Shown: positions 20,200-41,752, counted from the stretch's first letter. The stretch is DNA of 64,000 nucleotides from the human T2T-CHM13v2.0 reference genome, Homo sapiens (GCF_009914755.1 NC_060941.1), one strand, 5' to 3'. Notes: generated by a model not told the origin, from the letters alone. Program-made: numbers and translations.

Positions 20200-20304
20200 C
20201 CTCAGGGATTTAGAGATACTGTTGTTACTTCTGCATGTTCATTGCAAACAGAAGGTTCCTTGAGCACCCGGAAACGGTCACGAGACCCAGAGGAAGAATT
20301 ATAA
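20200..20304 (+). CDS. RAD51C: RAD51C final coding exon 9 ([34 protein letters not shown])
   Basis: atctttcag acceptor; TAA at 20302-20304; basic RKRSR NLS-like motif near the C-terminus. Confidence 0.97.
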   Translation, partial: PQGFRDTVVTSACSLQTEGSLSTRKRSRDPEEEL

Positions 20305-20387
20305 CCCAGAAACAAATCTCAAAGTGTACAAATTTATTGATGTTGTGAAATCAATGTGTACAAGTGGACTTGTTACCTTAAAGTATA

Positions 20388-20393
20388 AATAAA
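20388..20393 (+). terminator. RAD51C: RAD51C proximal polyadenylation signal AATAAA
   Basis: canonical hexamer 84 nt after the stop codon, with upstream TGTA elements. Confidence 0.75.
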
Positions 20394-20716
20394 CACACTA
20401 TGGCATGAATGAATCCAGATCATATGAAGTGAATGGGAAAAATACCTAAATATGATTCTGTGAAAGTTTTTCTAAAGCAGTATTCTGCAATTATATTTTA
20501 CCCTGTTTTCATTTTCAGTAACATTCAGTAGAGATGATTATTATATTTCACAAATGTGGAAAGCTGATCTCATGTGGCCAGTCTGAATTTACCATTCATA
20601 CTGTTTTCACCCCTTTCTTTCCCAGTTGCCTATAAAATCTTAGGAAGAAACATATCATATTCTTATTGTGTTTTTTTTTTTTTTTTTTTTTTTGGAGATG
20701 GATTCTCGCTCTGTAG

Positions 20717-20986
<270 letters not shown>

Positions 20987-21256
20987 TAAATGTAAATTTG
21001 ATAATTCTTTAAAATTACCCGCTTTTATAATTATAAAAGAGAAGCCAGCACCATGAGTCAGCATATTATTCTGTTCAGTTTTATAGGTAAGATACAAATT
21101 TTAGGTGACCAAACTGATTTTAGTGACCTCAATCCTAAAATCTAAGCCATTTGTTTAGCTTTTAATGACATTTTATAATGTTAAAGGGAGGACTTTGGAG
21201 CTGTTATCTCATCTAGAGATTGTTTGGAACATATGTCTTCCAGAATAGGTTGATAA

Positions 21257-21651
<395 letters not shown>

Positions 21652-21669
21652 TAATCTTAACTTTGCTTA

Positions 21670-21680
21670 AATAAATTAAA
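21670..21680 (+). terminator. RAD51C: RAD51C candidate distal polyadenylation signal (overlapping AATAAA/ATTAAA)
   Basis: aataaattaaa about 1.37 kb after the stop codon, downstream of two antisense Alus. Confidence 0.6.
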
Positions 21681-21794
21681 GATTTCAATTCTCGATGGTT
21701 TCAAAATCACCTAAAAATATTTTCACACTTGGCTCTTAGTACTTTTCAACTTACTCACAAAATTTACTTTGGTTCCCTGTGGGGGAAAAAATAA

Positions 21795-21992
<198 letters not shown>

Positions 21993-22099
21993 TAGGGTGG
22001 TCGCGAACTCCTGGGGCTCAAGTGACCCGCCCACCTCTGCCTCCCAAAGTGCTGGAATTAACAGGTGTGAGACTGCGCGCCCAGCCATATTTATATATT

Positions 22100-22762
<663 letters not shown>

Positions 22763-23399
22763 AAAATTATTTAAATAATTGAATATTAAATATTGTAGCA
22801 GCAATATTTTCCAAATTTTAGTGATAGGTGTTACTTCCTATCCCAGACTAAACAGTAAATTTATAAAATTACTTCAGTGTAATTATTATTTTCTGCAATT
22901 GATTATATAGAATAGCCATCATTTACCAGGACTTGAGAGTGAAAGCAGGCACTGCTAACAATTATGCCAGTACAGAGGCTATAAACCAAGACTAACTTCA
23001 AATCACTTCTCTAACATAGAATGACTAATTGTGACTATCTTTTGTGGACCTCAAAGCACATTTTATTGTAATTGATGCCATCATTTTAACAAATACCCAT
23101 CATTTTATATTCTGTCTTCTCAAATCATAAAATCCAGAGGAGGAGGGTGTTATAAGTGATAAATATCAGTGTTACCAAGCATCAGATGAGATAGATAAAA
23201 TAATGTAGGATCTCTTTTTTTTTTTTTTTGAGACAGGGTCTTACTCTGTCACCCAGACTGCAATGCAGTGGCACGATCACTGCTCACTGCAGCCTTGACC
23301 TCCCAGGCTCAAGTGATGATCTTTCCACTTCAGACTCCTTAGTAGCTGGAAGTACAGGCATGCGCCACCATGCCCAGCTAATTTATTTTTATTTTGTAG

Positions 23400-23681
<282 letters not shown>

Positions 23682-24214
23682 TGAGTTGCTGGGACTACAG
23701 GCATTCACGACCATGCCCAGCTCTTTTTTTTTTTTTTTTTTTTTTGAGATGGAGTTTCGCTCTTCTTGCTCTGTCACCTGGTCCAGAGTGCAGTGGCACC
23801 ATCTCGGCTCACTGAAACCTCCGCCTCCTGGGTTCAGGTGATTCTCCTGCCTCAGCCTCCTGAGTAGCTGGAACTACAGGCATACACCACCATGCCCGGC
23901 TGATTTTTCTATTTGTAGTAGAGACAGGGTTTCACCATGTTGGCCAGGCTGTTCTCAAACTCCTGATCTCACATGATCTGCCCATCTTGACCTCCCGAAG
24001 TGCTAGGATTACAGGCATGAGCTACTGCGCTGAGGCCCCTTAGCATTTTTTGTTACTTGGTTTTAACTGAGGATATGATAGTACACCTATGTCCCACACT
24101 TTATATAGGCTTGCCACCTAATGCTATGCCCGTAAATTGGTTAAAGTCTCACCTTCTGCAAACCAATGATTGTATCCAGGTTTCATCTTGTGGTTAGTTT
24201 GACAAATCAGCTCA

Positions 24215-24694
<480 letters not shown>

Positions 24695-25178
24695 TCATCT
24701 TTCCTTCCTTCCATCCATTTAGTGCCTAACACACATTTAACTACTTTTTGAAACAATATTTCAAATAAGATATAGAATAAATTCTGTGTTTTTTTCTTTT
24801 TTCTGTTTTTTTTTTGTGTGTGTGTGACCCTGACATGATATGAACAAATTCTGTTTTTCAAATGGTCAGATGAAAATACTATTTGGTCATGACTAGGATG
24901 GTGTTTATGAGCCTGTTTGATTACAAATATAAAATTAATAGTTTCTTGGTTTTATGTTTACTTTTTTAATATGGTAAAATAGCTATACATAAAATTTGCC
25001 ATTTTAACCATTTGTAAATATACATTTAAATGGCAATAATTACATTCGCAATGTTGTGCAGTCATCACCACTAATTTCTAAAACTTCATCACCCCAGACA
25101 AAAACTCCCCATTCTACACTCTCCCCAGCTCTTGATAATCTTTAATCTACTTTGTTTCTCTGAATTTGCCCACTGTAA

Positions 25179-25641
<463 letters not shown>

Positions 25642-25791
25642 TAAGCCAGGGTGTTGCTAAGTTATACAGGCCTTGAACTCCTGCACTCAAGGCCTCCTCC
25701 CTCTTCAGCCACCCAAGTTGCTTGGTCTACAGGTCCATGCCACCATGTCCGGCTAACACTGTTCTTTTTATGTCTCAATTATTTCACTTAG

Positions 25792-26082
<291 letters not shown>

Positions 26083-26252
26083 TAAATTCAGTTGATCTGC
26101 CTGCTTCAGCTTACCAAAGTGCTGGGATTGTAGGCATAAGCCACCACACCTGGCCTTAGCATAATGTTTATAAGATTTATCCATATTGTAGCATATATAA
26201 GAACTTCATTTATTTTTATTGCTAAATAATATTCCATTGCATGTATATATCA

Positions 26253-27488
<1,236 letters not shown>

Positions 27489-27519
27489 TACATTTTGTTT
27501 ATCCATTCATCTGTTAATG

Positions 27520-28330
<811 letters not shown>

Positions 28331-28720
28331 TGAGCCACCAGGCCCGGCCTTGTTTGGTTTTTTTTGACACAGGGTCTTGCTCTGCCACCCAGGCTGGAGT
28401 GCAGTGGCACAACCGTGGCGCACAACCGTGGCTCATTGCAGCCTCCCAGGCTCAGGTAATCCTCCCACCTCAGCCTCCCAAGTAGTTGGGACTACAGGCA
28501 CATGCCACTATATCCGGCTAATTTTTGTATTCTTTATAGAGATGGGGTTCCATCATGTTGCCCAGGTTGGTATCGAACTCCTGGGCTCAAGCGATGCCAC
28601 CACCTGGGCCTCCCAAAGTGCTGGGATTACAGACATGAGTCACCAGGCTGGAGTGCAATAGTGTGATCCTAGCTCACTGCAACCTTCAATTCTTGGGCTC
28701 AAGCCCTCCTCCCACAGTAG

Positions 28721-28987
<267 letters not shown>

Positions 28988-29020
28988 TGATCTCGTGATC
29001 TGCCCACCTTGGCCTTCTAA

Positions 29021-29287
<267 letters not shown>

Positions 29288-30495
29288 TGATTTTGAACTC
29301 CTGACCTCAAGTGATCCCCCACCTTGGCCTCCCAAAGTGCTGGAATTACAGTCATGAGCCACTGCACTTGGCTCGTATATTAGCTATTCTTATTTTTCTC
29401 TCTACAGTATTTTACTTTTCTTGTTGATAACCTTCTTACTAAACTGTTTGCAACTAGTGATAAAATTACAATATAATGTGGTAGAAAGAACATGAGACTA
29501 GAGTTGGAAGATGTGCATTTTAGTTGCATGTGAGATGTTACCAAGCCATGTCAGTTTTGGCACCTTTATTTTCTCATATCTTTACCTTATTTCTCAAAGA
29601 AGGTAAGACTAAATGATTGCTAAATTCATTGGTCTAAATTTTATGGGTTTTGCTTTTGTAGAGGCAATATTAAATATTCACTTTAAATGATCAATACTGG
29701 AAACATGGAAAGGAGTGACATTTATACACTTTTATTTTCAAAATCAATAATATTAGGGATCCCAATACAATACATTGCATTTCAGTTTTGAGACTAATGT
29801 TGAAATGTCATATTGCTTTAAAAAATAAAACAACAACATTCAGTTGAAGAAGAGAGGCTGGCTGTTCATAATATGTATTTTTAGTTAACGTCAGTGCCTA
29901 AATTTACTGTTACTGTTAAAATTTACAGAACATTTTGCTCCCTCAAAACTGATTTTGGCATAAAATATGTTGACAAGATTTTATGTATTTTTGACCACAG
30001 TATATTCCTTTGCTTGTTTTCAGTTTTTGTGTACCATTGATATCTGATGATGTCCTTTTATGTTTCAACTATCCATTTGACTCCCATTATGTGTAGTTAA
30101 GATGTAAGTTTTTAGCTACCGTGACTCTGAGAGTGATTTTATGTGAAGTTTATTTTATGATGATTTAAAAGTTGGGCTCACGTCAGAAGGGCTTGTGAAA
30201 TTACAGAAATTATGTCCTACTCACTTTGAAAATAAAAAATTAACACAAGATAAAAGACAAAAGCTGAGGAGCCAATTAATTAGAATTTGTATCAGGAATT
30301 CTTACAAACCAATGCAAAGAAGAAAAAATTGGTTATAGAATAGTCTTGGCCTAACGATAGGAAGTATATCAGTTTTTCAAGAGAAAAGGTGTTTTCTGGC
30401 TGTTGTTTTTTATTTGTGTTTTAATTAAATTTTTTTCCTAAGTAATATTTGTACAGGATTTAAATTTAAAAAGCACAGGATTTAAAATTCAATGA

Positions 30496-30741
<246 letters not shown>

Positions 30742-31290
30742 TAGAGAAAGTGTTTCACCATGTTAGCCAATATGGTCTCCATCTCCTGACCTCGTGATCC
30801 GACTGCCTCGGCCTCCCAAAGTGCTGGGATTACAGGCGTGAGCCACTGTGCCCGGCCCCCCTTAATTTCTTTTTAGGAGGCAAACATTATTACCAGTTTT
30901 TTATATGACCTCCCAGAGCTATTCTATGTATCTAAAATATAAATACATTTTTTCTTCAATACTCAAATAAGATACACAGTGTTCTGCAACTAGTTTTTGT
31001 ATCAGTACATGTAGAATTTTCTCAAATAAAAAACTGCTGGTCAGGCAAGGTGGCTCATGCCTGTATTCCCAACACTTTGGGAGGAGGCATGGGAAGATCT
31101 CTTAAGCCCAGGAGTTGAGACTAGCCTGGGCAATATAGGGAGACTTCATCTCTAGAAAAAATAATTTTAAACAATTAACCAGCATAGTGGCCTACATCTC
31201 TTGTCCCAGCTATTTAGGAAAGGAGTTCCAGGCTGCAGTGAGCTATGTATGATTGGGCTACTGGACTCTGGCCTGTCTCTCTAAAAATAA

Positions 31291-31551
<261 letters not shown>

Positions 31552-32239
31552 TAGCCAGGATGGTTTCGATCTCCTGACCTCGTGATCCACCCGCCTCGGC
31601 CTCCCAAAGTGCTGGGATTACAGGCGTAAGCCACCGCGCCCGGCCTTTTTTTTTTTTGAGAGGGTCTCTGTCACTCAGACTGGAGTGCAGTGGTACAATC
31701 ATAGCTCACTGCAGCCTCAATCTCCCAGGTTCAAGCAATCCTCCCGCCTTAGCCTCTTGAATAGCTGGGACTACAGGCATGTACCTCCATGCCCAGCTAA
31801 TTATTTTATTTTTTGTAGAGACGGGGTTTCACTTTGTTGCCCAGGCCGGTCTCGAACCCCTGGGCTCATGTGATCTTCCCACTTCGGCCTCCCAAAGTGC
31901 TGGGATTACAGGCATGAGCCGCTGTGCCTGGCTGCCATTAAATATTTAAATCGTAATGAACTCCTCTGGTTCTATGCATACCAATTATCAACCAGTTGAT
32001 AACTGGATTTCCCCAGATACTTTGGGTATAGCCAGATCAATGCAAATGTCTGGTCTCCTTGGAATTAATAGTTCTCACTGTAAATTCATATATTGTTATT
32101 GTGATTTTGATATACTCTCGCGAGATTTACATTAGTTAATATCCCTCCATTTGATTAAATTTGGAGCACTCATTTCTGAGCCTCCAAGTTCAAGTTGCTG
32201 AACTTTGTCATAAATTCATGAAGGTAAATGTCATTATGG

Positions 32240-33165
<926 letters not shown>

Positions 33166-35225
33166 GCTGCCTGACAGCCTCTCTGGGTGGGTTACCAGAT
33201 ATTCCCAAGTTGTGTCTTTAGGTGCCTTCTTAGAATTTCAGATCTTCCTGTCCAGTGTCTTTTAGCTTTTTCTGTTCATCTTCATTTCTACTAACACCAT
33301 TCTTTTCTGTACTCTTATTATCTCCCATTGCCCAACTGATTCCAGCCTTCAATCTCTCTTCTTCAATCCATCCTGCATTCATCTGAAAGAATGTCTGCAT
33401 ATTAAATTTTCTTAAAACACAGTTTTGGTTGTATTTCTTTCTAAATTCAGTATTTTTGTCAATACTTAGAATAAATAACTGCAATTCCATATCCCACTAC
33501 AGCCTAGATCTAATCTTGAACTTTTTCCCATAGGCTTTATAACCTTAAAGAGTCATGAAATTATTGGCATGTATTTCCAGCTATACAAATTTCCAGAATT
33601 TTATATGACAATTTAAAAGGATATTTTATAAATTAATAATTTCATGTGTGAAGGACTCAAGTTCAGTTTGCATATGTATTTTGATTTGCTGCCTTTGTGC
33701 AAATAACTGCAATGTATTGTATTATTACTTAGGTATATGGAGGTTCATCAAATCTTAATCTTCAGCTTGCAGAATTACTGGAAACCATGTGTGTGCTATA
33801 TTGGTGCCAGATATGTCATTTATAGATCACTCTTTCATAAGGCAGCAAACTACTTCCTATGCCCAAATCATTTTCTTTCTGGAAAAGATACATTTTGTCA
33901 GCATGGTTACCATGTGTGGTAATTGATAATGTCTGTGCCACATGGCTTACTTCTACCCTTGTCCGACACAGCTATTCTACCACCTATGATTACCATATGC
34001 TACAGCACTCTGGGTTAATGGAATCATTTCCATCTTCCCTTCTAGTCACAAATGTCATTGTGGCTCAATTCCATCAGCTCAACTAAGAATAAAATATTCA
34101 GTACTATCTAAGCAAAGAACACACCTTTGTGAAGTTTTCATATTTAGTTGACTGTTTCATTTTCATTTTTAAAAGCTAGGTTTTTTTGATGAATGTTCCA
34201 GAGTGAGGAATGGGCATCTGCTAACTAGAATAGGACATGATCAATGTCACTCTGAATTCTTGCATGTATTTATTTTAAATAAATATACAAAGGTAATTAA
34301 AAATTAGATGATAATAAAGGTAAAGTTTTTACCACCATAAAGCATTTTTTTGTAAAGTGAAAACTAGTAGCAAAAGATTGAAGTGGATTTTTAAAACAGT
34401 GTCAATTTATTTTAGAAGAACCATTTATTATAGAAGGAACATACCACATGTTAGCCATTTATAGCACCATCATCAAATTACTATCAACCACTGCCCTCTT
34501 CTTCTTTTGTAAGTATGTCATAATAAATAATTTTGGTTCCTCAAAGAACCATGCTAGATAAAAAGAAAGATTGTTATTAATGGTTTAAACAAGAAAAAAG
34601 GTTAGAATCTGTTTTGGGGATTTACTTCTTTGCTTTTTAAAACTAGTAAAATACAGTGCATGTGGGCCAGTTATTACCTGATGTGAATTTTAATTTTGAC
34701 AGCTTTGAATTATTGCTGCAATATGACCATATTAGCCAGCAACAGAAAAGGAATAAAAAATTATTATAGCAGTAGTATTTTTGGCAGCAAATGGGAATGA
34801 TTTTTATATTATTGATCTGGGATGTAGAAGAGGAAGAAGTTTCTATTTGAAAATGTTTCTATGTTGCTCAGTTTTTTCAGTTGTCAGGTGTTCTGTTGCT
34901 TCCTACTAGTCAATTTGACAACATAGTCAAATTAATATTTTAAAAACTATTGGCCAGGTGTGGTGGCTCAGGCCTGTAATCCCAGTACTTTGGGAGGCCA
35001 AGGCAGACAGATCACGAGGTCAGGAGTTTGAGCTCAGCCTGACCAATATGGTGAAACCCCGTCTCTACTAAAAATACAAAAATTAGCCAGGTGTGGTGGT
35101 GCACACCTGTAGTCCCAGCCACTCGTGAGGCTGAGGTTGCAGTGAGCTGAGATCGCGCCATTGCACTCCAGCCTAGGTGACAAAGTGAGACTCTGTCTCA
35201 AAAAAAAAAACAAAACTATTTATAT

Positions 35226-35448
35226 CAAGCCTGTCTAACCTGTGGCCCATGGGCCACATGCAGCCCAGGACGGCTTTGAATGCAGCCCAACACAAATTCA
35301 TAAACTTTCTTGAAACATTATGAGGTTTATGCATGGACTTTTTTTTTTTTTTTTAGCTCATCAGCTATCATTAGTATCTTTTATGTGTGGCCCAAGGCAA
35401 TTCTTCTTCCAATGTGGCCTGGGGAAACCAAAAGATTGGACACCCCTG
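35226..35448. mobile_element. MER30 hAT MITE with 8-bp TSD atttatat/atttacat
   Basis: cagcccaggacggctttgaatgcagcccaacacaaattc core; gattggacacccctg end. Confidence 0.85.
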
Positions 35449-37567
35449 ATTTACATATTAGTTATCCTTCCATTCAGTTTTTAAAATATAAATTTAAAAT
35501 ATACATTTTAATATTTGCAACTTAATATTTATCATTAGGCCTAGCCTTAAACATTTACATAAGCATTAATTTTAGGCCATGGGATATGAGCTATATATAA
35601 TTTGTTATTATACTCTCTCCAAAATATAAAATGCCAATATTTTATGTTAACATAAACTATGTTTTACTATTTGAGATATTATATTAGCTTCAAATCAATG
35701 GTTTTTTACAACTAGCAAATCAAAATTGAGGGTTTTCTGGAAATAGTGTTTCTAATTCTGCCTATAGATAAAAGAGGCATACTTTAGAATAGACAGAATA
35801 TTCCAGACTTGCATAATCAAGCCAATTTTTTTCCTGAGACAGGGTCTTGCTCTGTGGCCCAGGCTGGAGTGCAGTGGTGTGAACATGGCTCACTGCAGCC
35901 TTCATCTCCCAGACTGAAGTGATCCTCCTACCTCAACCTCCCAAGTAGCTGGGACTACAGGCATGTGCCACTATGCTTGACTAATTTTGTTTATTTTTTG
36001 TAGAGGTGAGGTCTCACTGTGTTGCCCAGGCTGGTCTCAAACTCCTGGGCTCAAGTGATCCTTCCACCTTGGCCTCCCAAAGTGCTGGGATTACAGGCAT
36101 GAGTGAGCCACTGTGCCTGGCCCCAAGCTAATATTAATTGAAGATAAACTGAGAAGTTATAGACTGTTTTTTTAAATCAGCTTTGATAGACTTCTTAGTT
36201 ATAAGCATCAATTGTTTATATATCAAATATTTTATTAACTTACAGAAATTAATCGACTTTTTAGAGCAGTTTCAGGCTTACAGAAAAGTAGAAAGGACAG
36301 TTCCAATATATGCCCTCTCCCCTCACTTACATGTTTTCTCCTATTATTAACATTTTGCATTATTGTGGTACACTAGTTACAATTGATAAGCCAATATTGA
36401 TGCACTATTATTAACTAAAGTCAATAGTTTACAGTAGGGTTCACTCTTGAACATTCCATGGGTTTTGATAAATGTATAAGGATATGTAGCTACCATTACA
36501 GTATCATACAGAATAGTTTTCACTGCCCTAAAAATCCCCTGTGCTCTACCTATTCATTCTTCCCTCCCTCCCCCAGAACCCCTGGCAAGCTATTCTTCTA
36601 ATTCCAGGAAATCATTTACTGCTAATGTCAAGTAAACTCAGTTTACTTTGGAGACCTAAACTTGCTTTAACTTAACTAATTTATAGTTCTTTTATATATA
36701 CAATCCATTTTATTCCTTAAAGTATTATTTGTTACTATGTCAGTCAGGATCTAGTTAAGGAAAAAGAGAATGGGGTGTAGTGGCTCATGCCTGTAACCCC
36801 AGCATTTTGGGAGGCCGAGGTGGGCGGATCATGAGGCTAGGAGATGGAGACCATCCTAGCCAACATGGTGAAACCACATCTCTACTAAAAATACGAAAAT
36901 TAGCTGGGCTTGGTGGCACGTGCCTGTAATCCCAGTACTTGGTAGTCTGAGGCAGGAGAATCACTTGAACCAGGGAGTCAGAGGTTGCAGTGAGCTGGGA
37001 TCACACCACTGCACTCCAGCCTGGCAACAGAATGAGACTCCGTCTCAAAAAACAAAAACAAAAACAAAACAGAGAATCCAGGAAATTGGTTACACAAATT
37101 ATGGAAGAGCTAAAAAGCCAAAAAGGAAAGATTCACTTCTCTAAGTCCTAAAAGATTAGAAAGCTGAAAGCTTCTACCATCCCTAGGCTAAAGGACAAAT
37201 GGGGGAAGATGTTGTTCTGGAGCTGAGGGGATAGGGTCACTGGCAAAAGCTAGAGAATCCCAGTGAACATATTCATGGGGAGGAAAGCTACAAAGGAAAT
37301 GCATCAGGCCTCAGGACTGAGCTAGGGAACAGGGCTTTTCTTCTTTCCTCCCTTCTTCCAATTTCTTGTCAGTGCCTACCACTGGACAAATCCCAGGTGA
37401 AAGTCAGCTGTCACAGTAGCCTAGTGAATACAGCCTGAAAGGGTCAGCCCTCCTACAATACAGAGCAGGGCAAAGGAGGAGAAAGAATAGGTATGAGGGC
37501 AAAATGGACAAGGACTGACACAGTAATCAATTCTTTTTAACTTTAAAAATCAACTTTATTGAGGTGT

Positions 37568-37611
37568 AATTTATATACAATTTATATACAATTTATATAC
37601 AATTTATATAC
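37568..37611. repeat. 11-bp tandem repeat aatttatatac x4
   Basis: direct reading, within an L1M 3' end. Confidence 0.9.
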
Positions 37612-37636
37612 TTATTTTAAATGCAGACTTGGATAA

Positions 37637-37802
37637 TTTTTTTTTTGAGATGGATTCTGCTATGTTGCCCAGGCTGGAGTGCAGTGGCTATTCACAGGTG
37701 CAATCATATTACACTGTAGCCTTGAACTCCTAGGCTCAAACGATCCTCTTGCCTCAGCCTCCAGAGTAGCTGGGACTATAAGCACATGCCACCCTGCCTG
37801 GC
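37637..37802 (-). mobile_element. FAM (fossil Alu monomer)
   Basis: single monomer retaining the 7SL segment gcagtggctattcacagg. Confidence 0.8.
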
Positions 37803-38471
37803 AATAATTTTTGGCAAATGAGTACACCCATATGACCAATCAGTCAAGATACAGAACATTTTAATCACTTCACAAAGTTCCTGCTTACTCCTTTGCTACA
37901 AATCTCCCACCCCATCCCAGTCCCAGGCCACCAGGAATCTGCTTTCTCTCACTATATAGGTTAATTTTGCCTGTTTGGGAATTTTATACAAATGGAAATA
38001 TATTATGTACTCTTTTGTGCCTGGATTTTTTTTTTTGGCTCAGTATATTTTTGAAATTCATCCATGTTGTGTTTATCAGCAGTTCATTTATTTTTATTGC
38101 TGAGTAGTATTCCATTGTATGAATACACTACTTTATCTGTTCATTTGTTGATGGACATCTGGGTTGCTTCCAGGTTTGAGCTGTTATGAATGAAACTTAT
38201 GTGAACAGTTATGTACAAGTTTTTTTGTGTTTGGGGTGTGTGCAAGTGCATGTGTGTTTGGTGGACATGTTTTATTTCTCATGAATAAAATACCTGGGAG
38301 AGGAATTGCTGGGTCATGTAAGAAACTGCCAAACTCAACAATTCTTTTTAACCTTATAAATGTCATTACTATGAATGTCCACAAAAGGACATTGTACATT
38401 TCCTCCAAAGAGCAAAGGGTTAGAGGGAGAATAATTTTTATGAGAAAAACTTTAAAAATTTGATACCTTAA

Positions 38472-38726
<255 letters not shown>

Positions 38727-40192
38727 TAGCCAGGATGGTCTCGATCTCCTGACCTCGTGATCCGCCCGCCTCGGCCTCCCAAAGTGCTGGGATTACAGGC
38801 ATGAGCCACCGCGCCTGGCCTCCTTTTTAAAAAATATATTTTAGGGACAGGGTTTTTCTTTGTTGCCCAGGCTGGTCTTGAACTCTTGAGTTCAAGCTAT
38901 CACAGCCTCACAAAGTGCTGGGATTACAGGCGTGAGCCACCATGCCCAGCCCTCAATATTTTTTAATAGATAGTATGCAAGGGGATTAGAAAAGTGTAAT
39001 AAGAAAGGAGTTGAAAAAGAGAGCAAACTAATGCAAAATAATTACTAAAGACTTCTTGACAATGGCAAAATCATCCTACACAGCTGCTCTGAGATCTCAG
39101 CACTTGCTGTCAGCTACCTTCTGGCAAAGCTACTTTGTCAAATGGATGCAATAGGATCCATATTGATCTTTGTGAAGGAATATCTTTATTAATATAAGCA
39201 AACACGCCTCTCACTTATAGTAATGTAGAGGTGTGGGCTTTTTCTTTTAGTAGTATTGTTTCCCCAACATATATCACTTTCCTTTGAAATGTGGGCTGAG
39301 TCATAAATTAATGTCACAAATGAGGGAGGCAACTATGTTACAAAGTAGGAAGGCGTAGATATGAATTGTTACAGTTGACAGCTAAGTACTCTTGAACTAA
39401 ATGTCATTATGTCAAATTCTGAGATATTAAACAATTGTTGAAATGTAAAATTGTGGACATTTAGGTTTGCAGCCTAAAAAGTTTTGTCAATCTTTTCTAG
39501 ACATTCTGAAATGGAAATGAACAGGTGGATTGAAAACAAAGACAAATGAGGAGTTTAAAGACTTTCTTGGCACCTCATAGAGAAGTTGCTCTACGCTGGT
39601 TATGTTTTAAACAAAACACATATAAATACATTCAGCATTTCTGGAAACAGATTTATTAGATCTTTCCATTTACCTTTGGGAAAAAAATATAGAGGACTCA
39701 AGGCAATTATTCACTATATTCTTTCTATCATGTATTATTTAATCTCAAGCTAGGAGAGGAACTCTGTTTTACATGATGCCATAATGTACATTAGTGAGCT
39801 CAACCCACTTAATCTTAAAATAACAGTATCAGGTCAGGGATTTAGAATACAGTATTATATGAAAACAGTTGGCAGAGAGACTCCCTCTTCTGCCATTAAT
39901 AACTGGAAACGATATTTCAGACCCTAAATCCAACTGAAACCCAGAAACAATACATGGAGAGGATGGGGTGGATAATTTGTGAGAACATGTTTTTCAAAGT
40001 AGAGAAAGAATCACTATGTTTTTGCTGAATTATATGTTGCCATGGACATGGCAGTTTGCAGTAATGATGCTATCATCTATACAGCTGTATAACAACACAG
40101 CTTCTTTCTCTCCCACTCCTTCAGTAAGGCTTAAAAATAATAGGTTTGTGTGTAGTTTGGTAAGAAAATTAGAATCACTTAAAGTCATTTCA

Positions 40193-40750
<558 letters not shown>

Positions 40751-40753
40751 TCA

Positions 40754-41113
<360 letters not shown>

Positions 41114-41752
41114 TCAAGGGACTGTGGTAAGAATTAAAAGGGTGAAATCAATGTGTAAACTATGAAGCCCAATAGAAATAAGGTGTTATACAGACAATTG
41201 CACTATTGAATCTCCGGAGACAGAGTTGAGTTAAGGAAAAATGCACTTTCGGAAAGCTTTGGCGACTGAACGACCTGAGTTCTCCAACGCCAAGGCTGGA
41301 AGTTTGGAGACCTTGAAACAAGTAAATTACCATTAATATCATAATTTTCAGTTTCCTTTTAAGAAATGAGAGTAACACCACTTTCTTCACAGAATCAAGT
41401 GAGAGAGAACCTATGCAAAGGAACTTATCACTTGGTAGGTATTTGAAGCTCCCTCTGCCTGAAAACTACTTATTCAAAGACTGCAACAAAAGGTGTTCAC
41501 AGTGTGGTATCTTTCAAAACATACGCTAAGGCAAGGAACAGATAAGGAAATGGAAGTACATCCAATTGGGATCCAAGCAACCCAAGTGGGAACCAACAGC
41601 TAGACTTGGAGATGTCTTAGCTCACTCTTAACCACGTGAGGGTAGGGTATCCAACCAATAAAGACATTCAGAGTTGGAGAGCGGCCGAGTGGAGTGTCCT
41701 TTAGACTCCGCGGACTCGACGGGAGGGACCCTGCAATGCTTAATTAGAACCG

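Larger units (their letters stand above)
36235..38335. mobile_element. L1MC/L1M fragments, an LTR-like segment (about 36738-37521), an Alu and a FAM
   Basis: L1M 3' motifs (gttacaattgataagccaatattg; tattccattgtatgaatac). Confidence 0.6.

Noticed and set aside
30024-30103. Plus-strand exon-like segment (ttgttttcag ... gat|gtaagt)
   Set aside because: No recognisable coding content; overlaps the minus-strand ankyrin-like block; would need transcript data
41160-41390. 76-aa minus-strand ORF upstream of the ankyrin remnant
   Set aside because: No recognisable motif; cannot be linked to the remnant by eye
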